64,000 nucleotides of DNA from a bacterium (GTDB taxonomy: Bacteria > Patescibacteriota > Gracilibacteria > JAHISY01): positions 34,884 through 98,883 of the forward strand of contig JAJYAT010000004.1 of the NCBI GenBank assembly GCA_021779375.1, in the 5' to 3' direction. The translations under genes and the position numbers were made by a program. The notes under the pieces were generated by a model. That model was not told the DNA's origin. It did no database searches and saw only the letters and a program-made list of their open reading frames with translations. This document shows positions 54,105-64,000 of the stretch, one piece after another (positions within the stretch are counted from its first letter, which is position 1; each line of letters opens with the position of its first letter).

Positions 54105-56720
54105 ATGTTTAATAATTTTGATAAATTCACGAAAGAAGCAAAGCGTGCGCTTATCGTCGCTCAAGACCAGGCGCGTGCAGCTGGACTTTCGTATGTTGGG
54201 ACTGAGCATATTTTGCTCGGAATACTGACGCAACCCGAATCGCTTGGCGCTTCGGTTTTACTCGGTTTCGGCGTGACTGCCGAAAACGTAAAATTGGTTT
54301 TACAGACGGTCGGCCGTACGCCGGCGAATCGCCCGGCAGACTCGACTGAGTCGGGCAGCCTTTCCGGATTTGCCAAAAAAGTAATCGAAGACGCAATCCG
54401 AACTGCGTACCGTTTCAATCACTCTGCTGTCGGGACGGAACACTTACTCTACGCGTTGGTTAGCCAGGAAAATACTGCCGCGACAGTCATTCTCGAGAAC
54501 ATGAAAATTCGCGCGGCGGACGTGCGCAAACAAATCGAAGAAATTTTTCGCGATGCGAGCGACGCTCAATCCATTCCGAAAAATGTCCATCCGCTCGAGA
54601 TTCTCTTTGGTTCGTTGCAGCAGGTGATTTCACGGCAAAATCAAAACCAAAATTTTGACGATGCCTACGCGCACAAAGACTCGCCTGAAAATAATAATTT
54701 TGCGCCACCGCCGAATACTCCGCGCCAGAAATCCAAAACACCTGCGCTTGATTATTTCACGACAGATCTGACTGCCGAAGCACGTGCTGGCAAACTTGAT
54801 CCAGTCGTCGGACGTGAGAATGAGATTTCGCGCATGATCGCGATTTTGAATCGTAAAACGAAAAATAATCCAGTGCTTACTGGTGAGCCGGGTGTCGGTA
54901 AGACCGCAGTGGTAGAAGGTTTAGCTCGGGCAATCGTGGCGGAAAAAATCCCAGCGTCGATGCTCGACCGCCGCGTCTTGATGATTTCTATGACCGCGCT
55001 CGTTGCAGGCACGAAGTATCGCGGTGAATTCGAAGAGCGTTTTAAGAAAGTCATTGATGAGGCGACGAAATTTTCCGGAGAAGTTATTCTTTTTCTCGAT
55101 GAATTGCACACAGTCATCGGGACTGGCGCAGCAGAAGGCTCGCTCGATGCAGCGAATATTTTGAAGCCGGCACTTGCCCGCGGCAAAATCCAAGTTATCG
55201 GTGCGACGACGCTTGATGAATTCCGCAAACATGTCGAGAGCGACAAAGCTCTAGCGCGGCGTTTTCAGCCAGTTATGGTTCCGGAGCCAAGCGAGGAAGA
55301 TTCGATCAAGATTCTAGAAGGCTTGCGCGAAAGTTTCGAAAAGCACCACAATTTGAAAATTGAAGACGCCGCGCTCGTTACTGCCGTCAAAATGTCGAAA
55401 CGCTATGTGCCGGATCGCTTCCTGCCAGACAAGGCGATTGACCTCATCGACGAAGCGGCGAGTCTCAAGGGTGTCGCGCGGCGTGGTGATTCCCGTGAAA
55501 TCAAAAAACTGAAAGACGAACTCGCGAAATTAATTTCGCAAAAAGAGGCGGCTGTTTCAGGTCAAAATTACGAAGTCGCTGCGAATTTGCGTGCGCGTGA
55601 ACTCCAAATCAAAAACGAAATCGAAGCGTCCAAAAATTCCACTCCCATCGTCAAAAATGGCGAGTCGCCAGTCGTGACAGCAGAGGATGTCGCGAAAGTC
55701 GTCGCGAGTGCGACGGGCGTACCGGCGGGCGAATTGCTCGCGGAGGATGTCATTCGCCTGAAAGACCTCGAGAAAACTTTAGCGACGCGCATCGTCGGTC
55801 AAAAAAACGCAGTGCATTCTGTCGCGCAGGCGGTGCGCCGCAGTCGCGTCGGCATCGCTGCGCCGAATCGTCCGATTGGCTCATTCATCTTTCTCGGTCC
55901 GACGGGCGTCGGCAAAACTGAGCTGGTCAAAACTTTGGCGCGTGAAGTCTATGGTTCTGAAGATGCGCTGATCAAGATTGACATGTCGGAGTTTGCCGAA
56001 CGGCATTCTTCGAGTCGCCTAGTTGGTGCGACGGCTGGCTATGTCGGTTACGAAGAGGGCGGAGAATTGACCGAAAAAGTCCGCCGCCGACCTTACTCGG
56101 TCGTCTTGTTTGACGAAGTCGAAAAGGCGCACCACGATTTCCAAAATCTGCTTTTGCAAATTCTCGAAGACGGTCATCTCACCGATGCGCGCGGACGCCG
56201 GACTGATTTTCGCAACACGATCGTCGTGATGACTTCCAATATCGGTGCAGAGCGAATGACGACTCAGGCGGGCAAAATCGGTTTTGCTGTCGGCTCGGAA
56301 CTGCGTGACGCCAAGGCGGAATTCGAAGAGGTGAAGGCTGACGTTCTAAATAAATTAGAAGAGACCTTTCGTCCGGAGTTCCTGAACCGTGTCGACAAGG
56401 TCGTCGTCTTCGAGCCGCTCACTTCCGCTGAAATCAAAGAAATCGTGAAGCTGCATCTCGCTGATCTCGAAAAAAGATTAGGCGAGCGCAAAATCAAAAT
56501 CGAGCTCACGGCGTCGGCACTCGATTACCTCGCCCAGAAATCCTACAATCCGAGATACGGCGCGCGACCAGTGCGGCGTGCGATTACCGAGAAAATTGAA
56601 GACGAGCTGGCGGGCATGATTCTCGACGGTAAATTTAAAAATGGTGATACCGTCAAAGTTGATTTCAATAAAAAAGCCGCCGAGCTGACCTTCAAGAAGA
56701 AAGCGCGGATTAAGAATTAA
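54105..56720 (+). CDS. clpC: ATP-dependent Clp protease ATP-binding subunit ClpC
   Basis: Two Clp-N repeats (GTEH.L), GEPGVGKT, UVR-like middle domain, GPTGVGKT, YGARP.RR. Confidence 0.94.
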   Translation: MFNNFDKFTKEAKRALIVAQDQARAAGLSYVGTEHILLGILTQPESLGASVLLGFGVTAENVKLVLQTVGRTPANRPADSTESGSLSGFAKKVIEDAIRTAYRFNHSAVGTEHLLYALVSQENTAATVILENMKIRAADVRKQIEEIFRDASDAQSIPKNVHPLEILFGSLQQVISRQNQNQNFDDAYAHKDSPENNNFAPPPNTPRQKSKTPALDYFTTDLTAEARAGKLDPVVGRENEISRMIAILNRKTKNNPVLTGEPGVGKTAVVEGLARAIVAEKIPASMLDRRVLMISMTALVAGTKYRGEFEERFKKVIDEATKFSGEVILFLDELHTVIGTGAAEGSLDAANILKPALARGKIQVIGATTLDEFRKHVESDKALARRFQPVMVPEPSEEDSIKILEGLRESFEKHHNLKIEDAALVTAVKMSKRYVPDRFLPDKAIDLIDEAASLKGVARRGDSREIKKLKDELAKLISQKEAAVSGQNYEVAANLRARELQIKNEIEASKNSTPIVKNGESPVVTAEDVAKVVASATGVPAGELLAEDVIRLKDLEKTLATRIVGQKNAVHSVAQAVRRSRVGIAAPNRPIGSFIFLGPTGVGKTELVKTLAREVYGSEDALIKIDMSEFAERHSSSRLVGATAGYVGYEEGGELTEKVRRRPYSVVLFDEVEKAHHDFQNLLLQILEDGHLTDARGRRTDFRNTIVVMTSNIGAERMTTQAGKIGFAVGSELRDAKAEFEEVKADVLNKLEETFRPEFLNRVDKVVVFEPLTSAEIKEIVKLHLADLEKRLGERKIKIELTASALDYLAQKSYNPRYGARPVRRAITEKIEDELAGMILDGKFKNGDTVKVDFNKKAAELTFKKKARIKN

Positions 56721-56765
56721 AACGTAGCAGCGTCGACCTCATTATGAAGATAGCTAATTTTCAGA

Positions 56766-57521
56766 TTAAAGATCTCCTATGTCCCAAAAATTAATTTCAA
56801 ATTTTTGATTAAAACAGCTATAGCAATTGAGTGTAGTCCACTCGAATTCACGGTATCCGTTCTTTTTGATATCATAAAGATACTCAGTATCCAAATTGAC
56901 CGATTTTCCATTTGCATCAAAATGTTCAATATCTATTTTGATCGTGTTAATGTCATATTCTGAATTGTTTAATAGCCTTAAACTGCCTTCAGCATAACCA
57001 CTTTGTGATATTGTTCCTTTTTCTATAACCTCCAGTTTTAAATTTTTTTTCAGACTAGATAAAACTCCATCCTTCTCTTTATCCCAAAAAGAACTCCATT
57101 CTGTACCTATTGGACTTGGATTAGGGAACACAATATAGTTATATGTATCATATATTTTCCATTGGTTTTCAATTTTTTTAAGTAAAAATCTTCGTTCTAT
57201 TTCTACAGGATTACCAAAAATGTTTTCTGCTTGACCTGTTGCTTTTATAAAAACTTCATCATCGTTGTTTTTAGTAAAAGTTAAATTCCAATCAGAATTT
57301 AAATATACAGAATGACTTTTTATCACTGCATAAAGAGAATTATCTATTTTTTCTGAATCTAAATTTCCATCAATTCCATCGTTAGTTTGTGTTAAAAAAT
57401 TGTCAACTATTTTTAGGGATTCTTTTTCGATATTACTGCATCCTGACAGGCACATGATGGCGATTAGCGCGAAAAGATGAACAGTGATGTCTTTTTTTGA
57501 TAAAAGCTTGATTGATTTCAT
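56766..57521 (-). CDS. AT-rich putative lipoprotein
   Basis: Lipobox-like LSGC; C-terminal G.L.N.S......I...D.NG beta-sandwich-like segment. Confidence 0.7.
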   Translation of the reverse strand: MKSIKLLSKKDITVHLFALIAIMCLSGCSNIEKESLKIVDNFLTQTNDGIDGNLDSEKIDNSLYAVIKSHSVYLNSDWNLTFTKNNDDEVFIKATGQAENIFGNPVEIERRFLLKKIENQWKIYDTYNYIVFPNPSPIGTEWSSFWDKEKDGVLSSLKKNLKLEVIEKGTISQSGYAEGSLRLLNNSEYDINTIKIDIEHFDANGKSVNLDTEYLYDIKKNGYREFEWTTLNCYSCFNQKFEINFWDIGDL

Positions 57522-57530
57522 TTTTAAATG

Positions 57531-58043
57531 TTATTTAAAAAATTTTTGAGTTAAGACCACCTTTTTTATTGCGTCAGCAACTTCTTGTTTGCTCATATTT
57601 TTTACATTGATACAATTTGAGTTTGGTATTAGATCATAAAAATTTTTCTTTTTATGGGGATTAAGTTCAGCATCCATGTAGGATTTCTTTGAAGGATGAC
57701 AAGGTCTTCTTTTAAATAAGGCATCTGCATCATTTAATATTAAATAAATCAAATTTTTTTCTAAAAAATAGTTGTAAGATTCCTTTTTATTTGTTGATCC
57801 CGCACCGACATCAATTAATAGAAAATCTTTCTCAACGAATCTTTTTTCTATCGCACAAATTATTTCTTTTGATTTCTCAAGAAAGAGATTTCCTTCTCCT
57901 AAAAGTTCGGTGAGATCTTTCCCAGTCTCTTTTTTTATTTCATCGTCTAAATTAAAACAATGAAATTTTTCGTCTTTTAACTTATTTAGGGCGGTAGACT
58001 TGCCAACACCGCTCGGTCCGACTAAAAGAAACATCTTAACCAT
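57531..58043 (-). CDS. AT-rich shikimate-kinase-like P-loop kinase
   Basis: LVGPSGVGKST, LDDEIKK.TG, D.GAG, RRP. Confidence 0.65.
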   Translation of the reverse strand: MVKMFLLVGPSGVGKSTALNKLKDEKFHCFNLDDEIKKETGKDLTELLGEGNLFLEKSKEIICAIEKRFVEKDFLLIDVGAGSTNKKESYNYFLEKNLIYLILNDADALFKRRPCHPSKKSYMDAELNPHKKKNFYDLIPNSNCINVKNMSKQEVADAIKKVVLTQKFFK

Positions 58044-58093
58044 CTTGATTCATATTTTAAAATAAATTATCTAAATTTCAAGTGTCTTTGAAC

Positions 58094-60160
58094 TCAAAGT
58101 GCCCAATTTTTCTCTATGCCAAGATTCACCTCGTCGTCAAAAATTTCTGCATCGTTGACGATGATTGATTTCTCGATTTCGCGGGTGCGGTCGCCCGACT
58201 GGAATTCCCCGAGGAAAGAATAAGTGTCGTCAAATTTTTGCGGCAGCTGGTATTTCAGAGTTACCTCGCGGGAAAATTTCGGCTGAGTCGTAAGTGAGAA
58301 CATGAAATAAGTTTTGCCGACAGACTCGTGCACGGTGACGCTTTCGGCGGGCACACCCTCGACTGAGATTAATTCGCTGCCGCTTGGCACAAAAATTTTC
58401 ACGAGGTCGATGTTTCTACCGCGCCCCATGATTTCTTTCAAATTATCCGAGAGCGGAATGCGGAATTCTTTCGCGAGGTTTGTAATCGTGCGTTCCGCCG
58501 CATCGCTCCACGCATCTTTCCGCAAAATCGTGAGTTCGTCGGTTGCTGTCCCGTCGTTCGTGATGGTCGTCGCGTGCGTGATTTCGTTTGAGGTGAAGCG
58601 GTCGGATTTATTGCCGGAGAGGGAAGTATTCACGACGAAAATATAATCACCCTCGGTTTTCTTGAGCTCATTCGCGAGTCCGGCGGAGCGGGCAAAATTC
58701 AAGAAATCTTCATTGCCGGAAGCAAACTGAATTTCTTTTTCTGCAGCGGCGTGCCACACGAGCGCGGCGAGTTCACTTGGTGGAATTTTTGTGAGCGCGT
58801 CTTTCACTGCAGCGAGCACTTCATCCAGAATAATTTTCGGATTGGCGGCACCGTCGACTTTCGTCTCAATCACGAGCGAGAGTAGGAGCGTGAGTTCGTC
58901 AGCCGAGATTTTGCGCGGATAGCGTTCAAGCTTGATTCCACCGAAAGTTTGCACGAGCGTTTCCAAGAAACTCGCGTTGACCGCCGCGACGCCGTCGACC
59001 GAGCCGAAACCGGCGGCTTCGAAAAGTTTTTCCGCCGCCGCAGCCGAAGTCGGGAAGTCGGGGTGAAAATTCGCATCACGCAAACCCCAGTTGCCGGTGA
59101 TGAATTCAAATCCTTCCGGCGGGTCGAAGTGCTGCTTCAGCTGTCCGTCGATTTCGTACACGTTTTTAATCTCGAATTTTTTTACGAAGCCATTATCCAA
59201 ATCCAAAATTCCGACTGAGCCGATGAAGCCGCCCGTCGCACGAATCTCCGTCGGATTTTGCAGCAAGATCAAATAGCGGCGGGGAACTTTTTCACCGAGC
59301 AGAGCAGGGAGTGTCGAGAGCGTATTCGCGAGTGGACGCGCAAGCCCTAAAAATAAATTCAGCTCGGTCACGGCCTGCTGGACTTTGGTCGCGAGCTCGG
59401 CTGGCAGGACTCGTGTGTCGACGAGCTTGAGCAGTGCCGCCGCACTTTCGAGCTCGCTCACGCCACCCAAAATTTGCGCAATCGGTGCCTCGAGCTGGCT
59501 CGCAAAACTTTCGACTGGTTCGCCGGCGGTGACCGCTTGCTGGCGAATTTGCCAATTTGAAAATGCGACCGTGAGTTCATTCGCCGCTTCCGCGAATTTT
59601 TCACCGCCGCTTGCGAGCAATTTTCCGGCGGAGACGAGCCGACTGCCGGTTTGCACGCTTTCCGGCTGCGTCTCGAGAATCGCGCCCGCTCCGCCCAGCA
59701 CCATCAGATTTTTTTCTGCGTCACGCAGGACTGTGACAGCCTGCGCGAAACGATTTTGCGAGGCGGCGAAATCACCCGCTGCGAAACTTTGGCTCGCCGC
59801 GATGAGATCGCCGATTCCGGAAAAGGCCGCCGTCACGGTGCGCTCGACCGTATTTTTGCCACTGCCGAAGACACCGACGAAATTTAAAATAAAAACAAAC
59901 ACGAGTGCCGCGGCGACGATTTTCAATCGACTGAAATTCAGCCGCCGTGATTTTTCGGAAGGCAGATAAATCGAGCTGCCGGAGTTCATTTTCTTCGCGC
60001 GGGTGAAATCAAAACTGCGCTGCGCGCTCGGCAAACTTTGGCGGGCGCTGATTTTTTCCAGGCGCAAAACATTCGTGTGCATTTTTTCGGCACGCTGAAC
60101 AACGAGCGGACGACTCGCCCGTTTTTTCAGGTCGATCAAGCGGCGGTGGGAATGCTTCAT
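58094..60160 (-). CDS. DUF4012 domain membrane-anchored protein
   Basis: YLILLQNPTEIRATGGFIGS, RDANF.PDFPTSA, VDGV.A, N.SLSGNKSD. Confidence 0.9.
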   Translation of the reverse strand: MKHSHRRLIDLKKRASRPLVVQRAEKMHTNVLRLEKISARQSLPSAQRSFDFTRAKKMNSGSSIYLPSEKSRRLNFSRLKIVAAALVFVFILNFVGVFGSGKNTVERTVTAAFSGIGDLIAASQSFAAGDFAASQNRFAQAVTVLRDAEKNLMVLGGAGAILETQPESVQTGSRLVSAGKLLASGGEKFAEAANELTVAFSNWQIRQQAVTAGEPVESFASQLEAPIAQILGGVSELESAAALLKLVDTRVLPAELATKVQQAVTELNLFLGLARPLANTLSTLPALLGEKVPRRYLILLQNPTEIRATGGFIGSVGILDLDNGFVKKFEIKNVYEIDGQLKQHFDPPEGFEFITGNWGLRDANFHPDFPTSAAAAEKLFEAAGFGSVDGVAAVNASFLETLVQTFGGIKLERYPRKISADELTLLLSLVIETKVDGAANPKIILDEVLAAVKDALTKIPPSELAALVWHAAAEKEIQFASGNEDFLNFARSAGLANELKKTEGDYIFVVNTSLSGNKSDRFTSNEITHATTITNDGTATDELTILRKDAWSDAAERTITNLAKEFRIPLSDNLKEIMGRGRNIDLVKIFVPSGSELISVEGVPAESVTVHESVGKTYFMFSLTTQPKFSREVTLKYQLPQKFDDTYSFLGEFQSGDRTREIEKSIIVNDAEIFDDEVNLGIEKNWAL

Positions 60161-61689
60161 TGCGCGAAAGAGAAATCGATTTCAGCGCCGTCGCTTTCGA
60201 AATTCACGGCGGCGAGCATGAAGTGAAAGGGCTGCAAAAATGGATTCACCGCTGTATCGAGTCGGGCGTAAAAAATATTGCCACTCGCTGGCAGTTCGTC
60301 CGGTAAGAATTTTTCTTCGCTCATGAAACGTGCGACCATTTTTTCGAGTGCGGCTTTTTCCGTTGCGAAAATCGCCAAGTTGTCGAGCTGCATGAAGCTC
60401 AAATCAGATTGCGGGAAATGCAGTGTCTCGATTTTTTGGCTGGCGAAAAATTCTTCCGTCGCGCTCGGCGCGCTGCCCTCGGCTGCGAGCTCGTGACCGG
60501 CTGTCGTGTCGGGGAGCTCGACAGTTTTTTCGACTGCGGCAATTTTGCCGTTGGCTGTTTTTAATTTTTCAAACAGCGCGGTTTGGTCGCCGGTGAAAAC
60601 CGCGACTGCGCCACCGGAAGTCGTGAGGCCGAGCGCGCTCGAGCTCGCAAACAGTGGCACGAGCGTGAGCTCGGTGAAACTTTCCCCGAACCAAGTCTGT
60701 AAAAAATTCTTGATGGAGCTTTGGGTGATTACCGCGAGTGGAGAATTTTGCGCGGCGCTGGCGGTCAAAAAATTCTCCACCTGGCTGGCTAGGTTTTTGT
60801 TCGCGAAAAAGAGCTTGGTCTCTTCGCCCCACAGATTAAAAATTTCTTTGTCCAAATTTCCGACTGCCAAGAATGGCGCGGTCTTCACCGCGGAATTTTT
60901 CAAAATCAGTCGCGCTTCGATTTTCAATTTTCCGCCGTCGACCGAAAAAGTCGCGCCGCCGGCAGTCCAGAGATCGAGGAAGGGTACGGCGAACGCTTTT
61001 TGCAAACCGACGAAACGGCTCGCGAAAAATTCATTCAAAAATCGCGGCGAGCAAAAAACGAAATTTTCGCGCGGATTGAATTTCGCGGCGACTGCGCGAA
61101 ACGCCTCGGATCTCGCGACGCGTTTCTCCGGTGCGCTGATGGCGGTTACGATTTTTTGCAAAATCGTCGAGTCGGCTGCGAGGATCAAATTGCCGCGGGC
61201 AAAAGTAAAAGCGAGCGGACGACTGCGCGGGAAAGTGTAAATTTTCTGACCGAGAAAATTTTGTGACGCGAGTGTCTCACCTGCGGCGACTTCTCGCTCC
61301 AGAAGCGCGAGTGCGGCGTCGCGGTCAGCGACATCGAAAATCAGCGCAAAATTTTGTGGATCAATCGTCGCGCCTAAGAAAGCGACGCCGATGTGATTTC
61401 GCGCGAGCGCGAGTAAGTCCGTGGGATGCGCCAGGCCGAGCGAGTCGAGCCCGGCGATTTCCGCGCGGACATCACTGCCAAAAATTTTTCCGAGCGCCGT
61501 CGCGTCAGACCCGAGCTGGAGCTCGCCAAAAAAAAGCGTTTCCTCTGCCGGCAAAATATCCGCGAGCGAACTCGGGCGGGCGTATTTCTGCCAAAGAAAA
61601 AATCCGAGCAGCAGCAAAAGTCCGAGCGCGAAGAAGGTGAGCAAAATGCCGCCGACGAGCGTTCGATTTGAAGAGGTCTTTTTTTTCAC
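60157..61689 (-). CDS. Membrane-anchored hypothetical protein (DUF3352-like)
   Basis: N-terminal TM followed by LA..LPA.ET.F; overlaps the DUF4012 start (ATGA). Confidence 0.7.
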   Translation of the reverse strand: MKKKTSSNRTLVGGILLTFFALGLLLLLGFFLWQKYARPSSLADILPAEETLFFGELQLGSDATALGKIFGSDVRAEIAGLDSLGLAHPTDLLALARNHIGVAFLGATIDPQNFALIFDVADRDAALALLEREVAAGETLASQNFLGQKIYTFPRSRPLAFTFARGNLILAADSTILQKIVTAISAPEKRVARSEAFRAVAAKFNPRENFVFCSPRFLNEFFASRFVGLQKAFAVPFLDLWTAGGATFSVDGGKLKIEARLILKNSAVKTAPFLAVGNLDKEIFNLWGEETKLFFANKNLASQVENFLTASAAQNSPLAVITQSSIKNFLQTWFGESFTELTLVPLFASSSALGLTTSGGAVAVFTGDQTALFEKLKTANGKIAAVEKTVELPDTTAGHELAAEGSAPSATEEFFASQKIETLHFPQSDLSFMQLDNLAIFATEKAALEKMVARFMSEEKFLPDELPASGNIFYARLDTAVNPFLQPFHFMLAAVNFESDGAEIDFSFAQ

Positions 61690-61723
61690 GCAGGCAGGAT
61701 TTTCTCTTTTTTGCGTGGAATTT

Positions 61724-62878
61724 TCAATTCGCGCCGAGCCGTGCCCGCGCCAAAATTTTGCCGCGCTCGACGCCCGGCTGGTCGGCGAAATTCACACCCA
61801 AAATTTGCGCGAGGAAATAAATTTCGAGCATCCAGAATTGTAAAAATTCGCCAAGCTCGGCTTCCTCAATTTGAGCGAAATCAAAAATTGCGAGTGGTCG
61901 TTTTTTCTCGGCTAGTGATTTCGTCGTCGCCAGAAATTCTGCCCGCAAAATTTCCGACAAATTCCGATTTTTCAAAAAACTAAATTCCGGCGGCGAACTT
62001 GGGATGCGAAAATCTTGCTTGAAATTCTGCGCGCCGACAAAAATATAAAATTTGTCCGCCGGACCATCGCGCCAGAGCTGCAGCTTCGAATGTTGGTCGA
62101 GTGCGCCGACTGCTGCGGCGGGTGTGATTCCGACTTGGGAATTTTTGCCGAGCGATTCAGCGAGGAGCTGCTCGAAAAATTTCGCGAGCGACTCAAGCGC
62201 GTTCGCGTAAACGCAAAAGACGGAAATGTTTTTACCGTGGCGGAATTCAGCCGCGTGGATTTGCGCGAATTCTAGGGCTTGTTTCGGATCGGCTTGCTGC
62301 GCGCCCGCCAAAAGTTTCTGCAGATTCGCGCCGGCGAGTGCTGCCGGCAGGAGACCGACCGGCGAAAAAATCGAGAAGCGCCCGCCGACTTTCGCGGGGA
62401 TCGTAAATGTCACAATTTTTTCTTTGGTTGCGAGCGCACGCAAGAAGCCTTTCTCTGCGTCCGTCAAAAAGACAACTTGTCGTTGCCAATTTTTACCCAA
62501 GAATTTCCGCACGACGAAAAAATTCGCGAGTGTCTCGAGCGTGTCGCCGGATTTCGAGACGACGAGGACGAGTGTTTTCGGGAAATCGAGGCGCGCGAAA
62601 ATTTTTGCTGCCGCGGCAGGATCGACATTTTCTAGGAAATAAAATTCACGTTTAGATTTTCCCAATGCATCAACCAAAGTGCGTGCAGGCAGCGAGCTGC
62701 CGCCGATGCCGATGACGAGAACTTGCCGCCACTTCTTATTGGCTGCTACGAATTTTGAAATTGCACTGAAGTCGCTCTTCGGCAAATCGGAAAAGTCGGG
62801 CGGATTTTTTTTGAAATCGGCGAGGATTTTTTGGTCGGACGATTTGGTGCGTGCGAGATTTTGGAAAATGATTTTCAT
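61724..62878 (-). CDS. pgi: Glucose-6-phosphate isomerase (compact SIS type)
   Basis: IGIGGSSL, VSKSG.TLET, VGGRFS.FS.VGL, QL.AESLGK, DQHS.LQ, DQPGVE.GK. Confidence 0.92.
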   Translation of the reverse strand: MKIIFQNLARTKSSDQKILADFKKNPPDFSDLPKSDFSAISKFVAANKKWRQVLVIGIGGSSLPARTLVDALGKSKREFYFLENVDPAAAAKIFARLDFPKTLVLVVSKSGDTLETLANFFVVRKFLGKNWQRQVVFLTDAEKGFLRALATKEKIVTFTIPAKVGGRFSIFSPVGLLPAALAGANLQKLLAGAQQADPKQALEFAQIHAAEFRHGKNISVFCVYANALESLAKFFEQLLAESLGKNSQVGITPAAAVGALDQHSKLQLWRDGPADKFYIFVGAQNFKQDFRIPSSPPEFSFLKNRNLSEILRAEFLATTKSLAEKKRPLAIFDFAQIEEAELGEFLQFWMLEIYFLAQILGVNFADQPGVERGKILARARLGAN

Positions 62879-62922
62879 AAAAACAGTTTAACGCGAGTCG
62901 AAGAGAGGTTAAAATCCATAAG

Positions 62923-63774
62923 ATGAAATTTTCTTCCCGAAACAGCGCGCTCGTTTTCCTGACTCTCAACTTTCTGCTGTTTGTCGCCAAAATTGCGGCG
63001 GGTTTGCTTTTCGGTTCGCTCGCAGTTTTGTCTGACGCTTTCAATTCACTTGTCGACATCGCGACTTCGATTATGATTTTTTTCGCGGTCAAAATTGGCA
63101 GTCAGCCAGCGGACGAGGATCATCAATTTGGTCATTCGCGCGCTGAACCAATCGCGGCTTTCACGGTTTCGATTCTCACTTTCGTACTCGCTTTCGAAGT
63201 CGTGCGTGAAGCAGTCGGGAGAATTATTTCTGGAGAGTTGCCTGAGATGAGCATAGTGCCGCTCATCGTGCTCGGCGGCGTGATTCTCACGAAGCTCGGT
63301 ATGTTTTTACTTGCCCGCAAATTTCACGAAAGTCCGGCACTCGCGGCAGTCGCAGCCGATGCCAAGATGGATGTCGTGATTAGCTCGTTCGCTGTCGTCG
63401 GTGTGGCAGCGATTAATTTCGGTTTCCCGCAATTCGATACTTACGCTGCGCTCGCGATCGCCGCCTGGATTGCATGGATTGGTTTCACGATTGCGCGCGA
63501 TAATCTCGCCAAATTAATGGGGCGTTGTCCGGACGAGCCGAAGCTGCGTGAGATTCGCGCGAAGTTAAACGAATTCAAACAGCAAAAAAAGATTCTCAGC
63601 TTCAGAAATTTACGGGCGCAGCTCATCGGTTCAGAAATTCAAATCGCTGTTGAAGTCACAGCTTCCAGAGATTTGCCCCTCGCCAAAGTCCACGACCTCG
63701 AAGAGCTGATTCAAAAGAAATTGAAATCGGTCAAAAATGTGCGCGAAGTCTCGGTTCATGTTGAGCCGATTTAG
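62923..63774 (+). CDS. Cation diffusion facilitator (FieF-like) transporter
   Basis: GSLAVLSDA.NS..D, PADEDH.FGH.RAE, C-terminal VHVEP. Confidence 0.92.
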   Translation: MKFSSRNSALVFLTLNFLLFVAKIAAGLLFGSLAVLSDAFNSLVDIATSIMIFFAVKIGSQPADEDHQFGHSRAEPIAAFTVSILTFVLAFEVVREAVGRIISGELPEMSIVPLIVLGGVILTKLGMFLLARKFHESPALAAVAADAKMDVVISSFAVVGVAAINFGFPQFDTYAALAIAAWIAWIGFTIARDNLAKLMGRCPDEPKLREIRAKLNEFKQQKKILSFRNLRAQLIGSEIQIAVEVTASRDLPLAKVHDLEELIQKKLKSVKNVREVSVHVEPI

Positions 63775-63811
63775 TCGCGCTTCAAAACCCAAAAGTTTAT
63801 TCGTAAGCAAT

Positions 63812-64000
63812 CTAATCTTTGGCAGAATGTTCTTTTCTCCATGCATCTTCGTCGAAACTGGGGTCTTTCTTTTTTTCTATCCCGAGAAGATTGTTGATGG
63901 ACGCCCTAGCCCAGCAATTTGGATTGCCTTTTTCAGTGCAAGAAATGATTAAGCCTCCATCTTCATCAATATTAATTTCATCTCGGAATGGCCTTTCGTT
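63812..64000 (-). CDS. 3' end of a hypothetical protein (truncated by window edge)
   Basis: Open frame of 62 codons from the window end to TAG at 63812 (NERPFRDEINIDEDGG...AWRKEHSAKD). Confidence 0.45.
   Translation of the reverse strand, partial: NERPFRDEINIDEDGGLIISCTEKGNPNCWARASINNLLGIEKKKDPSFDEDAWRKEHSAKD

Noticed and set aside
61690-61698. Half copy (CCTGCCTGC, minus strand) of the 20-bp palindrome before the 61689 start
   Set aside because: Only 9 bp, so it could be chance; not counted as an element copy.

Overview
64 kb of a bacterial chromosome using genetic code 11 (TGA serves as a stop). The gene content suggests Patescibacteria/CPR, probably a Peregrinibacteria/Gracilibacteria-class lineage; this is inferred from DUF4012, DUF3048, TrbC/VirB2-like pilins, an SLH protein and the lack of Shine-Dalgarno sites. 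The window is mostly housekeeping: dnaA, ftsQ/A/Z, holA, thrS, argS, gatB, trmD, rsmA, rplY, rpmG, clpC, hppA, pgi, prs, tRNA-Leu(GAG) and tRNA-Ser(TGA). It also carries more biosynthetic genes than expected for CPR (lysC, asd, lysX, a chorismate mutase-TrpE fusion, hisF/hisI/divergent hisE, pyrK/pyrD) and several AT-rich singleton genes. Most notable signals: (1) a stand-alone GIY-YIG nuclease gene between a duplicated 5' tRNA-Leu fragment and the intact tRNA, with a perfect 20-bp palindrome inserted precisely in the fragment's D-loop; (2) a near-identical copy of that palindrome and other 22-32 bp hairpins inserted cleanly into other repeats and apparently in-frame into trpE and pyrK; (3) intergenic sites where several REP-like and 7/8-mer repeat families are stacked; (4) a TAnnnT -10 box 6-9 nt before the start codon of about 19 genes, implying widespread leaderless mRNAs; (5) an AT-rich, insertion-bearing block inside argS; (6) an Mrr-like nuclease gene beside a dif-like site. 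All protein calls come from motif recognition by eye; no database searches were run.
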